Source of the DNA: Eledone cirrhosa
Lineage: Eukaryota
NCBI GenBank assembly: GCA_964016885.1
Contig: OZ024743.1
Span: 267,096,001-267,160,000, forward strand
DNA length: 64,000 nucleotides
Direction of reading: 5' to 3'
Below, in pieces: positions 27,377 to 40,126 of this stretch. How positions within the stretch are numbered: the stretch's first letter is position 1; the number at the start of each line of letters is the position of its first letter. The notes under the pieces were generated by a model. That model did not search any database. It was given only the letters and a program-made list of their open reading frames with translations, and was not told the DNA's origin. The position numbers and the translations under genes were made by a program.

Positions 27377-27896
27377 ATTTCTGGTCTAAATTCAAAACTG
27401 TTCATCTAGTATTACTTCACACTCCATATGTTTTTCTAGATCTCTTACCTTATATATTTGACTTACCTTCTTACAGGATGTCATTCTTTTTCTCTCTCCA
27501 TATATTCCTCCACGCTCTTCCTCGCGACCATACCCCCACCACGTCTCTTGCCAAACGACAGAAAATTGGATTACTCGTCCATTTTCTCAAAGGTCAAGAA
27601 TTGACTCATTCGGCTGACGGTAGAACTATTCTTTTATTATAGTTGTAGTAGTGAATGTTAGTGGAGAGGACGTTGAAGCTTGTCGTTGCAGAGATGTTGG
27701 TAGCAGTGATGATGTATGTAGCAGAGTAATCCTGCCAAAAATAGTGATGGTGCTTGTGGTGCTGTCATTGTATTAATGTGGCACACATAGCAGCATTGGT
27801 GGTAATGTTGGTAATGGCAGTAATATTAGGATAGATGGCATAGTAATATAGATGCTCTTGTGAGATGGTCGTTATTGGTATGTATAGTAATAGCAA

Positions 27897-28140
27897 TGGT
27901 GGTGGTGATGATATTTGGTGGTGGTTGTGGTAGTTGTGGTGGTGGTGGTGCTGCTGGTGGTGGTGCTGGTGGTGGTGATGATATTTGGTGGTGGTTGTGG
28001 TGGTGGTTGTGGTGGTGGTAGTGGTAGTTGTGGTGGTGGTGGTGGTGGTGGCGGTGGTACTGGTGGTGCTGTTGGTGGTGGTGGCGATGGTTGTGATGGT
28101 GGTGGGTTGTTCTTGTTGTGAGTGTTGGTGGTGGAGGTGC
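27897..28140. repeat. (GGT)n-rich low-complexity tract
   Basis: Direct reading. Confidence 0.9.
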
Positions 28141-28486
28141 TAGTTGTGTCTGTGGTATGTGACCGTGGTTATAATTTTGTTATAATAGGGGTGAAAATAC
28201 TGTTGAGAATTCTGTATTATTGTTGGAGTTTAGCCCTAGATTAGTCGATAGAATAGATCTATAATTAAAGAACGCTAATCGGGTGTTGTTCTATGTGCAT
28301 AGAGCTCAGCACCACATTATCAATAGTGTCATCTTTGGAGATACTAAGTTAAGATGTGAGGGAATGTGGCAGTTGTTTCATGGTGGTAGAGCAGCCTTGT
28401 AGTGGCCGCTAAATTTGGCACGTTTAGAGAAGATCTGACATAATTATACATATCTGTCATCAATGACCTTCTAGGCGCGGCTCTGT

Positions 28487-29345
28487 CTTCTTCTTCTTCT
28501 TCTTCTTCTTCTTCTTCTTCTTCTTCTTCTTCTTCTTCTTCTTCTTCTTCTTCTTCGTCTTCTTCTTCTTCTTCTTCTTCTTCTTCTTCTTCTTGGTTTT
28601 GCTCATAAAATCTCACCAACGATTCTTTCCTGAGACATTCTAACCACACGTCCATAGTGTCAGAACTGTGATCTCTCAATTCGGAGAGGTAGCGGTGCTA
28701 CATTGAGTGATTCTCCGATCTCCGAGCTACACATTCTAAGGAGAAATGTTACTAAAAGATCCTTCGGAGGAACCCCATTTCGGCCGCTTGTATTCGCGAA
28801 CGTGTTCTTTCCCTCATTACCCAAGATTCATGACAATGGGTAGAGGTTATCCCGAATACCTAATTGAAGATAGCGAGATTTGGTTTGACGGCTAGCACCT
28901 TTCTTTTGATTACTGAATACTGAAGTTTGTGCCTTAGTTAGATGGATTATTGTACATAGTTTAGCTTCCTGCCTTCCATCTCTCTTGAAAACGGCTTCGA
29001 GATACTTGAACTTCTCTACCTGCTTCAGTGGAACTCTATTCACGTGTAGAGTACACTGCGCAGTCTTCCTTGATAAGAGGTGTGTCTCAGCTTTCGCAGC
29101 ACTGATTTTCACTCCAGTCATGCAACAATCGACGTCAAACCTTTCGAGTCTAAGATGGAGATCACCCTGTCGTCTACAAATTCCAGTCGACGAATTTTAC
29201 ACCTGACAGTAATGATACCAATACCAACCCAGCTGCGCATGTCGATCTTATTCATCTAAATAATGAATAGGAGAGGTGAAAGTGTACACCATTGGTGGAG
29301 TCCGACTTCTACATTAAATGGTTTCGTTTAGTACCATTTATCTGC
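28487..29345 (-). mobile_element. RTE-like LINE RT/3' fragment with (GAA)n tail
   Basis: FNVEVGLHQWCTLSPLLFII (GLRQG..LSPLLF) and GVKISAAKAE..LKQVEKFKYL..F..DGRQ. Confidence 0.82.
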
Positions 29346-29527
29346 AAACAGGTTTAGGTAACATTTCAAGCAGTTATAGTAAGCACACACATACACACAC
29401 GGTCCTCCGCCGGATCCTGTTTGGTAGTTTGGGGGTAAGAGTGTATATAAGTTCGATGGCGATAACAGCAACGACGATGATGATGATGACAATAACAATG
29501 GCAATGATGATGATCAAGATGATGATG

Positions 29528-29579
<52 letters not shown>

Positions 29580-31195
29580 GGAGGAGGAGGAGGAGGAGGA
29601 GGAGGAGGAGGAAGAGGATCTTGCGTATGAGACAGCAATCATGTGATGTCCCCTAGCGCTGCAAGCAACTAACGCTAGTTGGATTAGGCTGACAATGATG
29701 ACGATGATGATGGTGAGGAGGAGGCAGAGGAGGATCAGAAGATGAGGAGGTTGATATTTATAATGTCAATATGGTGAACGAATAACGTAACCGTGATTTA
29801 GTCAATATTATTAGTCCATCACAAAATAAAAGTGGTGCAGTGAGTAGCTGCTTACGATATCCTTTTTTGATTTGCGGTAGTTTAATCATAGTTAATGTGA
29901 GGTATATAATTGTGGTTATTCGTGATGTTGATGTTGTTTTCGACTGAAACAAACTGAAGAGCGAAGCTTCTAAATCATGATCATGTTATATTTGTAGAAT
30001 GTATGTAATCCGTGTATGATGAGAGTGAGAGATTGGAATGAAATGTGGCTGTTATTTCTAACATGTAAGTTGCCTCACCTGTAGAAGTTGTATTGTTGGC
30101 TCGCAGTTTCATAATATTTATGGTTTTCTGTAATCACACATAGCGTGTCAATTGCAGTAGTGTGTATTTTCTTCCGTACATTGTAAAAAGAAAGTATTAC
30201 AAATGAGAGGAGTTAAATGCCGTAATATTTTTATCTTCCGATGATTCTGTGGTTGTGTGATATAAACAGCAAACATTACAATTTGTATACAACACATAGT
30301 GACCTGTGATGATTCCTATTCGGTTGTTTTTGATTCACTGCAGGATGAAACCTCAGCATTTATGTCAGTATTAGGTCTAATTCTCCGTGTTGGCCAAATA
30401 CATGTGAGGGGCTCGAGCTCAGAACACAACGAGAGATAAGAAACCAGCAAACTATCTTGTCCAGTGCTCTAGTTATTGCACCCAACCATCGTACTAGATG
30501 GTAATTTATTTATCGGTCTCGAAAGAATGAAAGACAAGGTTGGACGCGGTTTGATTGGAACTCATGAAGCAGCGAGCCGCTATAAATACAGCGAGTTATA
30601 ACATTAACCCAGCAAAGTTTCACATGAGCTGTATGTGTATGTTGGTTTTGCTTTGACAAAATCTTACATAGATCCCCTTCTTGGTTTTGTTTTAATTCCA
30701 TACAAAACAGTATTTTGGTCAACTAATGCTACATCTATCTAATTTAGTGACATGTACTGTAGTATAAAGTTAAGATCGCCTCTTGAGGTAAATGCTTAGA
30801 CAAAAGACGAAAAGGTGCCGTTATTATGAATCAGATGTAAAGATCTGTGTTATAACATTTACTACTTTCATGTTCTCATAAAAATGTGTACATTAAATTG
30901 ATTTTCGCAGGTACATTGTTTAGTTTGCAAATTTGTAGATTCATGTAGATGGCGAAGTTTTTCATTCCGGTTATTGAATTATATATCCTAGTTTGCTGTC
31001 TAGCGTGTGTCTTATGCTGCTATGTTGCGTCATTCTTAAATGACGCATTTAAACGTTCTGTAACCAAACTCGATCTGGTACATGTATAAACCAATATATG
31101 TGGTTTGTATCGTTTCCTCGGGTGCTGTTATATCTGTTGAATTAATTTCAGGGAATTATTGCCTCCATATAGCATGGACTGCAAATGAATGCAAC

Positions 31196-31284
<89 letters not shown>

Positions 31285-31396
31285 TAAAAGGAATTCCAAC
31301 TTTGTCTGATTTACTCGTTTTATTTACAATGCTTTAAAATTTATAATGGTATTAGAATGAAATAGTATGGTAGAATATTAAATGATAAGTGTTAAT

Positions 31397-31435
31397 TGAA
31401 CAAGTAGTTTCATGCTTTCGCAATCTTCAGGTTCA
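31397..31435 (-). ncRNA. Minimal hammerhead, family E (inverted arm)
   Basis: Reverse complement tgaac-CTGAAGA-t tgc gaaa gca t-GAAA-ctac-TT-gttca. Confidence 0.75.
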
Positions 31436-31594
31436 TATTCTGTGGTGACAGTCAAGTTTGCAATTTTGGTTTAGGCGTCACGGTTGGTTGGGCATGTCTA
31501 ACGACTACTATTTGACCCTATGCAAAGCATCAATTGTTTTGCTATTTTTAGAAATGATGAAAATAGCATTTTCTAGTAATCATCACCATCAACA

Positions 31595-31855
31595 TGCATT
31601 AAATGACCGAATTGTGATGAACTGGATGTCGGTCAAACTGGAAATGCACTATCGGAACGTGCACGGGTACACCGACAGCAAATCAGAGACCCAAATGTCT
31701 GTCAGATACCCCTGTGTAACCATCTAGCAACATGTGGGCTGAGAATATTTATAATATTTCCATTCTACAAATTACACAGGCCAAGTGAAATCAAGAGAAA
31801 AATCAAAGAAAAGTATTTTATTGTTAAATTCCAACCCAAGCTAAATGAACAATAA
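31595..31855 (+). pseudogene. PLE GIY-YIG endonuclease C-terminal fragment (not in ORF track)
   Basis: CIK*PNCDELDVGQTGNALSERARVHRQQIRDPNVCQIPLCNHLATCG..FIIFPFYKL..KRKIKEKYFIVKFQPKLNEQ*. Confidence 0.88.
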
Positions 31856-32221
31856 TAATGGGGTATTAATCCTACTATGACTATGACTACGACCACTAAC
31901 AACAACAACAACAACAACAAAAATAACAATAAAAGTGATGTTGATGGTATTGATTACTAGCAAATGCTATTTTCATCATTTCTAAAAATAGCAAAACAAT
32001 TGATGCTTTGAATAGGGTCAAATAGTAGTCGTTAGACATGCCCAACCAACCGTGACGCCTAAACCAATCACCTTTAGTAATCCAGTGAAACTACACACCG
32101 ATTGGTCGAAATACAGTTTGCAAGATAGCATTCTGTAGCCACTTTTCACTGTATATAAGGCACAACATTTACCCATCTCATTACAGTTGAAAATTGCAAA
32201 CTTGACTGTCACCACATAATA

Positions 32222-32260
32222 TGAACCTGAAGATTGAGAAAGCATGAAAGTACTTGTTCA
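32222..32260 (+). ncRNA. Minimal hammerhead, family E
   Basis: tgaac-CTGAAGA-ttgagaaagcat-GAAA-gtac-TT-gttca. Palindromic stem III. Confidence 0.78.
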
Positions 32261-32939
32261 ATTAACACTTAACATTTAATATTCTACCATTCTATTTCAT
32301 TCTAATACCATTATAAACTTTAAAGGATTGTAAATAAAACGAGTAAATCAGACAAAGTTGGAATTCCTTTCATTAATATAATATTCTATACACAATCATA
32401 CACACCCGTGTTTATTTATCTCTCTCTCTATATATACATATATATATACATATATACACAAGTATAGACATATATATGAGGGTCTCCAACATATACTCCA
32501 AATAAATAGGTAAATATTTTTTTATCTTATTTGCATTTTCCAAATATAATTGTAATAATAATAGGTAAGGTAAACATTTTCGGCGGGAGAAAATACAAAA
32601 GTTCACTTTTAAAGGTGTGTGGATATTTGTGTCATTTTATATATTTCTATTTCCAGTCTTAGCCGACTTGACAACTTCACATGCAAAAGATGCTCATCAT
32701 ACATTGGCGAACAAAACTATATATTTTCACTTGTATCAAATTCCAACAGAGAGCAGGATATGGAAAGCACTGTCTTGTTAACGGCCATAATCCTGAAACA
32801 CGTCGGCAGCTTCCGCTGGAATCTGATAGATGGTGGTAGACATCAGCTTCCAAAATTCCTACATAAAGCGCTTTCAAAATATTTATTCGTAAAATTACCT
32901 TATATCATTAGATACACAACATTCTCATACTTCTCTGTG

Positions 32940-33017
<78 letters not shown>

Positions 33018-34232
33018 ATATTGTCTGGAATACAGAGAGGCAGTGTGGATGTATAAGAATTGTGATGAACTGGATGTCGGTCAAAACAATAGCCGTTAAA
33101 ATACCAAAATACCGTCAATGACAGCGCTGGGTAAAAGTTAACTCCAAGGACGGATTGCAGTAGCTAGAAGTGTGTTGGCCCGCAAAAGTGATAGGGAGAA
33201 ATAAATAAAGGAAAAACGAAGGTGACAAGATCACACAAGCACATTTTCTTTACCTATTCAGCTCTCAGACCGGCTGTGGTTTCCCACGATTTAATTGAGA
33301 ATATAACATAACATTGCCGCCTCATGCAACAAGAAAATAAATATTTCTGTTAGTATGATGTGCGCGCGATATAACAAGCAAATTAGATAGACAGGCAGAC
33401 ATATCAGATCCAACTTTTCACGACGCTCTTTTCTCTCCCTTCTCTTACCCGCAGTTCTTGGTTGTCTTTTACACCAGCCCAGAACATTTGTTGTCCTTTC
33501 TAGGGGGCACTTGGCACCGAGAGTATGTACTTCACTGCTCTATCTGTCTCTGATCTGATACGAAACCTAATCCATAATTATGGAGGTGTATGCACACAAA
33601 CAAATATTTGCGTTATTGCACATGTACATTTGTATATCTATATATATAAGCACCCTGAATTATAAAGATATATACTTTATTCGCAGCTTCGCCAATGCTT
33701 TGATAATACCTCTACTTTAGTGGTAGCAGATTTGTTAGATCCATGTAATATTTAGCTTCTAAACATGACGCAGGTGTCGCTTCTAAGTATATAAATTTGG
33801 ACATTATTTCATATATGATATTCTGATTCATCATCACCATTATTGAGAATGCTGTCAGGTGCGAATGGCAATAAGTTCAATTGTCTTTCAAATTTCATTG
33901 TATTACAGAGAGTCAGCATTGAAATAAACACTTCATTTCCCCATCTCGACATATCAGGATTTTGCTGTCATTATTCCTATATCAGACGCTTAAGAACGAG
34001 AAATATTACACATACACACATACATATATAAACATGACAATAAACATACAAACATTCTATCGATACCTATATAGATTCCACAGTTGAGTAGAGAACAATA
34101 CATTTAAGTAGGCATTACAGATTTTGGAGCATTCTTCTTAATCTTTGTGATAATTAAATTTAATTTAACACTTCATATCACGTTTCTAACCACCATCTTA
34201 AACTTCACACATCCTGTACAAACACACACACG

Positions 34233-34304
<72 letters not shown>

Positions 34305-34347
34305 GAGAGAGAGTGAGATAATGAGAAAGAGAGACATACATAATATG

Positions 34348-34387
<40 letters not shown>

Positions 34388-34422
34388 TATATATATATCC
34401 ATATATCCATGCATATATATAT

Positions 34423-34478
<56 letters not shown>

Positions 34479-34751
34479 GTGTTTGTGCATGATAGTGGAT
34501 GTGTGTAGGTGTGTATGAGTATGTGTATATGAGTTTCTATATAATATATATACATATACAGATGGATGTCACAAGCCTCATCTTGATTCATCTAATTAGA
34601 AATTCGTTAAATCTATGGGCAATGTCTATGAGAGATATATTACCGGAAATAATGAATCTTGTATATATACACATAAAGAAGGCATGAATATCTAAATACC
34701 ACTGAGTCACACACACGTAAAAAAATAAACACACACACGAACAAATCCAAA

Positions 34752-34852
<101 letters not shown>

Positions 34853-34860
34853 TACTCTCT

Positions 34861-34910
<50 letters not shown>

Positions 34911-35877
34911 ACATATATTTATTAAAATAACAGATTAAAGTTTAAGCAAAGAATCGCTGCATTCACCCTTAACGGGATCTTCTGAAACTAACAAAGTCAA
35001 TCTGTAAACGCAGAAGTGAATATTTCAAAAAACGTTGCAACCGGAGGGAGACATGAAGACGATACTTTTGTTCGTGGAAACGTTCTCTGGCAAAGAAAGG
35101 GAAAAAACGAATATAATACGGTGAAAAACAATTACACGCAAAGACAGAACCACGTTTATAGTATAAAAGAAGTCCTAGACTAATATTCTCTAAGGTGGTT
35201 CATAGAGAAGTTCTCTGGCAATGAACGGAAAAAACGAAGATAATACGTCATATGTGGAGCGTGGAGAACAATTGAACGCAAAGACAAAACCACGTAAATG
35301 GTATAACTGAAGCCGTAGAGTAAAATTCTAACTAGGAAACCGAATGATTTTCCGCTTCCGAGTTAAGAATAAAGTAAATAAAATACAGAGGTAATTTAAA
35401 TTAAATAAATACATACACGCATCCAAATACGTACATACACAAGCATACGTGAAAACACTCGCCATAGGTATACAAATACACGCACATATAAATATGTGTG
35501 TGTGTGTGTGTGCGTGTATACAAATAATTAAATAAACGTATATAAATAAATAAATACGTATATAACAAGCGCACACACATACCTACATGTAAATACACAA
35601 ATGTTCGGAGACGACGTCAACCAAAACACGAAGTACACATATACACACACCCTACATACATACGAACCCGCACACTCACACAGACGCAAAACTCACGTAC
35701 ACACATAACCAAAAGCATATATACCAGAATATATAAAATATACGCCATAACATATACAATCAAATATACGTACGAGAAAGTATAAGTACCTTCACAAAAC
35801 ATACAGGTAATATATACTTACCTATGCAAATAAGTAATGGTATAAACATAACATATACTTAGCTACCACATCAAGAC

Positions 35878-36025
35878 GTAAAATATCCGCGTATCGATCG
35901 TACTATCCGTTAGGGTATAAAATATCTTCGTATAGATCGTACTATCCGTTAGTGTATAAAATATCCGCGTATAGATCAAACTATCCGTTAGGGTATAAAA
36001 TATCCGCGTATAGATCGTACTATCC
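35878..36025. repeat. 39-bp tandem repeat, about 3.8 copies
   Basis: Unit tataaaatatccgcgtatagatcgtactatccgttaggg. Confidence 0.9.
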
Positions 36026-36380
36026 TAGTTAGAATTTTAGTCTACGGCTTCAGTTAGACCATTTACGTGGTTTTGTCTTTGCGTGCAATTGTTCTCCACG
36101 CTCCACATATGACGTATTATCTTCGTTTTTTTCGTTCCTTGCCAGAGAACGTCTCTATGAACCACCGAAGAGAATATTAGTCTACGACTTCTTTTATACC
36201 ATAAACGTGGTTCTTGCGTCTAATTGTTTTTCACCGCTCCAAATAATGACGTATTATATTCGTTTTTTCCCGTTCTTTGCCAGGGAACGTTTCCACGAAC
36301 CAAAGTATCGTCTTCCTGTCTTCCTCCGGTTGCAATGTTTTTTGAAATATTTACTTCTGCGTTTACAGATTGACTTTGTT

Positions 36381-36431
36381 AGTTTCAGAAGATCCCGTTA
36401 AGGGTGAAAGCAGCGATTCTTTGCTTAAACT
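36381..36431 (+). ncRNA. Hammerhead-like motif with CAGAAGA core, family D
   Basis: agttt-CAGAAGA-t ccc gttaa ggg t-GAAA-gca gcgattctt tgc-TT-aaact. Other copies at 34939-34989(-), 36688-36735(-), 36731-36776(+), 41666-41716(-), 42038-42088(+). Confidence 0.65.
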
Positions 36432-36541
36432 TTAATCTGTTATTTTAATAAATATTTGCTCTACGGTTCTTATATATTCGATATATATTTACCCTTATCG
36501 AACCCTTTTTGGATTTTAGTGTTCAAATTTATTATTATTAG

Positions 36542-36580
<39 letters not shown>

Positions 36581-36800
36581 ATAATAATAAATTTGAAGAC
36601 TAAAATCCAAAGAGGGCTCGATAAGGATAAATATATTTCAAATATATAAGAACCGTAGAGCAAATATTTATTAAAATAACAGATTAAAATTTAAGCAAAG
36701 AATCGCTGCTTTCACCCTTAACGGGATATTCTGAAGATCCCATTAAGTGTGAAAGCAGCGATTCTTTGTTTAAACTTTAATCTGTTATTTTAATAAATAA

Positions 36801-36857
<57 letters not shown>

Positions 36858-36904
36858 AAGGAAAAGCGAAGTAGTTTCAGATGTTCAAGTCCTTTAATAA
36901 TAAT

Positions 36905-36978
36905 GCTGTGATATATATTTCAATGACGACACTGGCCACACTGTTCTGTGTGCGAGTGTCGTGTCATCATCAGACAGC
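36905..36978 (-). ncRNA. Hammerhead ribozyme, family H (inverted copy)
   Basis: Exact reverse complement of 37365-37438. Confidence 0.88.
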
Positions 36979-37364
36979 TTGTTACATAATAAGGTTATGT
37001 TTCCGAGGCAATCCAAATTGCTGTCAATGCTTAGTGAAAGGTAGTATTATGACCTATAAAAACTAACACCCTCCCATCCCCTCTGGCTTTCGGCTGACTG
37101 CCACAGTCGTGATAGGTAGCAGTAAACTTTGGTAGGGCATAGGTGGGCCATTGTTTTGGCTGAGAGGGTGAACTGACAGCGAATTTCGTTGAAATCTGCG
37201 GTGGCTAATGGTCAACTTCCTTCGGACATGCGCTTGCGCAGACCGGTGGGGGTGAATTCGTACTCACAAGGGAACGGATGAAAAACCCAAAGGCACGAAC
37301 TTCATCCGTTCCCATGTCGATTCAATTTGGATTGCCTCGGAAACATAACCTTATTATGTAACAA

Positions 37365-37438
37365 GCTGTCTGATGATGACACGACACTCGCACACAGAAC
37401 AGTGTGGCCAGTGTCGTCATTGAAATATATATCACAGC
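37365..37438 (+). ncRNA. Hammerhead ribozyme with long stem II, family H
   Basis: gctgt-CTGATGA-tgac acgacact cg cacac agaac agtgtg gcc agtgtcgt catt-GAAA-tatata-TC-acagc. Confidence 0.88.
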
Positions 37439-37440
37439 AT

Positions 37441-37625
37441 TGTGGATTGGCAGTATCGGTGGAGGGTCGGACGCCATGCTTTCCAGCATAGTTACGTCCC
37501 TTTACTATCTGAGTTCAAATCCCATCGAGGTTGACTTTGCCTTTCATCCTTACGGGGTCGATAAAATAAAAGTACCAGTAATGCACTGGTTAATTGCTTG
37601 CCTTGTGCCTAATGTAGAAACATTT
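37441..37625 (+). mobile_element. tRNA-type SINE (major family), near full length
   Basis: gagttcaaatccc..ttgactttgcctttcatccttacggggtcgataaa..gtaccagt. Splits the family H arm. Confidence 0.88.
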
Positions 37626-37786
37626 ATTATTAAAGGACTTGGACATCTGAAACTACTTCGCTTTTCCTTATTCGATATTTACTCCGTCACTCCTATGTGG
37701 AAAAAGTACGTTGAGTGCTTGAATTGAATTGCATCAATATTTACCCTAATATATATATATATATATAAAGAGAGAGGGGGGGAAGT

Positions 37787-37857
<71 letters not shown>

Positions 37858-38039
37858 ACATATATATGTGTGTGTGTACATATATTAGTGTATATATATA
37901 TATATATATATATATAATAAAAAAATTGAACAGGGACAGAACAGAGATATATATACACACATACAAACAACATACAATATGTATGTAATATATTAAAGTA
38001 TTATTCATCCATTTGATCATTTAATTATTTATTTATTAT

Positions 38040-39310
38040 AATTTGGTTATTTTGATGTTGGGGTTTATGAGCTACGGCTTCCTGGCAAATGGCATGACGT
38101 TCTTAGATTGAATGTTTTTAGGCCTTGTTCTGCCGCGGTGGTTCTTTTATCGGAATACACAGTTTAGTGACCCAAGGAAAGGTATAAATTCGCCACAGAT
38201 AGTAATAATTTTCTTTTTTTTTTACTGCCACTCTGTAATATGATAGCTGTATCTTAATACACAACCTCTTTCGATAGATTCACAAGACGGAGAACATCTG
38301 GCTGCGCTTCCAGGCCAAAAGAAGGCAGCTGGGCGATATTCACGATGGAGTCGTTCGAAAACCCGATCCGTCATACATGTGGTGATAACTGGACGAGTGC
38401 GTTCAAAAATCTTTATCGCCCTCTGCGCATCTCCGTTACATCCGTCTGACAGAACTTCCATGCATTTAGAGTTTGGAAATTTTCTATAGTCCCCGGTGCA
38501 AGATTTTTCCGGAACTGATTGGGGAGTTCGATTTCGTCGATACCAAATGTTTTTCCATAAAAATCATCGTAGTTGGCCATCACAAGTCTTCTATAGATAG
38601 CTAGTGTGGAATTTCCACTGGCCAAATTGCTTGACTGCTAGAGAGCTGTGAGCGCCCGACACCATTCTTTTAGGAAGGCGGCATGTCATAGTCTTTGTTA
38701 GACCAAAGACTCCAGCTCTGTCAATAAGACAAGCTGCAGAAAGACGTGCCTGACGAAAAGCGACGAAAGCTGTTCATGTGTAGGTATATCTTGAGATGCC
38801 ATAGCTTCAGCATACCAAACCTTCCGCGTAGATGTCGTTAGCTGAAGCTGGACCGCTTCAAAGTTTCATATCCCTCTAAGAAGTTGCCGCCTACCTCTAT
38901 TTCCGAGGTGTTCAATACCAGCATAGTGACGTCATCCGAGTATGCCGACGCAGCACTTCCAGGTTCCGCATTGAACGGCGTGCTGCTGCTGCTGTTTTTA
39001 TTGACGTTGCTGTTGTTGTTGTGATCATTGTCGTTGTTGTTATTCCTGCTATTTTTGTTGCCGTTGCCCTTGTTGCTGCTACTGTTCTTGATGGCAAAGC
39101 TGTCTTTGTTGTTAACCTCTGCAGCAGGCGCTATCCAGAGAGTGTTACTATTAATTTGTTGAGAGCTGTCAGAACTGTTATGATGACGCACAGTTTTCTC
39201 GAGGAAAGGTTTTGACACTCTTACTGGATGTGGAAGGAGGTGTAACCTCCATTTAAACAAAAAATAATTTGTGGACGTAATTTTAAATTCAAAGTTCATA
39301 TATTTGAGCT
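38040..39310 (-). mobile_element. Second L1/Tx1-like LINE relative, heavily deleted
   Basis: SAYSDDVTMLV RT motif. SGNSTLAIYRRLV..DDFYGKTFGIDEIELPNQFRK..ENFQ aligns with 8500-8660 of the first LINE. Preceded by an (AAC/AGC)-rich 5' region like 4840-5100. Confidence 0.82.
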
Positions 39311-39499
39311 AAAGGCCGAAGTACGGTGGGGATTCCCTCCGGCAGAGCAAAGAGTGGTGTCCTATGTCCAATTACAACGAAAAATGTTAACAAAATACCA
39401 ATTATAATGAATGAAAACAAACAAAATTTACGGAGAGATGTCTACACACAACTTGATAGAGACAACAACAAAGATATAAATAACAATAATGATAATAAT

Positions 39500-39690
39500 G
39501 GTTTCTTATTTAGTCACAAGGCGAGCAATTATGGTGGAGGGGGATTCTATTAAACCGACCCCATTACATTACTGGTAATTCATTTTATCGACCCCGTAAG
39601 GATGAAAAGTAAAACTCGGCAGGATTTGAACTCAGAACGTAAAGAGCTGTAACACTATGCTGCTGTCGAATGCACTACCGATACTGCCAA
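39500..39690 (-). mobile_element. tRNA-type SINE (major family)
   Basis: actggtaattcattttatcgaccccgtaaggatgaaaag..ggatttgaactc. Confidence 0.8.
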
Positions 39691-40077
39691 AAAAATATAT
39701 ATATATTAAAAAAAAAATAGTAATCACTATCATTATGATCTTCTTGACTTATATCATGATCAGCATTAAAACATTGTCATCATTCAAATCATACTAACAC
39801 TTCACACAACATAAATGAACATGTGTGTTCACTCGTTAGCGTTTCAACCAGGAAATAGTCAATGGTTCATGCAGACAGTGATAAACGAGTCACATTATAT
39901 TGAAGAAATATAATCACAATGGCAACACAATCACACAAACATACACCCACACACGGATACGAATACACGTACAAATATAAATACCAACGAACAAATACGT
40001 AAACATACCCATAATTTAAAAAGAATAAAAACAGAAAAACAATAGGCATCAAATTATTTAAATTATATAATATAACC

Positions 40078-40126
<49 letters not shown>

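Larger units (their letters stand above)
31279..32377 (+). mobile_element. 5'-truncated Penelope-like element with inverted 5' pseudo-LTR (family E)
   Basis: 31279-31595 is inverted relative to 31939-32377. GIY-YIG C-terminus lies between the arms. (TA)n flank. Confidence 0.9.
34915..36795. mobile_element. Family D inverted-repeat complex (~420 bp arms) plus a second short inverted pair
   Basis: 34915-35335 is inverted relative to 36025-36453, and 36575-36735 relative to 36731-36795. Relative at 41644-42197. Confidence 0.88.
36853..37673. mobile_element. Family H PLE-type inverted pseudo-LTR pair, right arm interrupted by a SINE
   Basis: 36853-37020 is the reverse complement of 37324-37441 joined to 37626-37673. 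Confidence 0.88.

Noticed and set aside
35878-36025. CRISPR-like regular repeat
   Set aside because: Head-to-tail 39-mers with no unique spacers, in a eukaryotic context.
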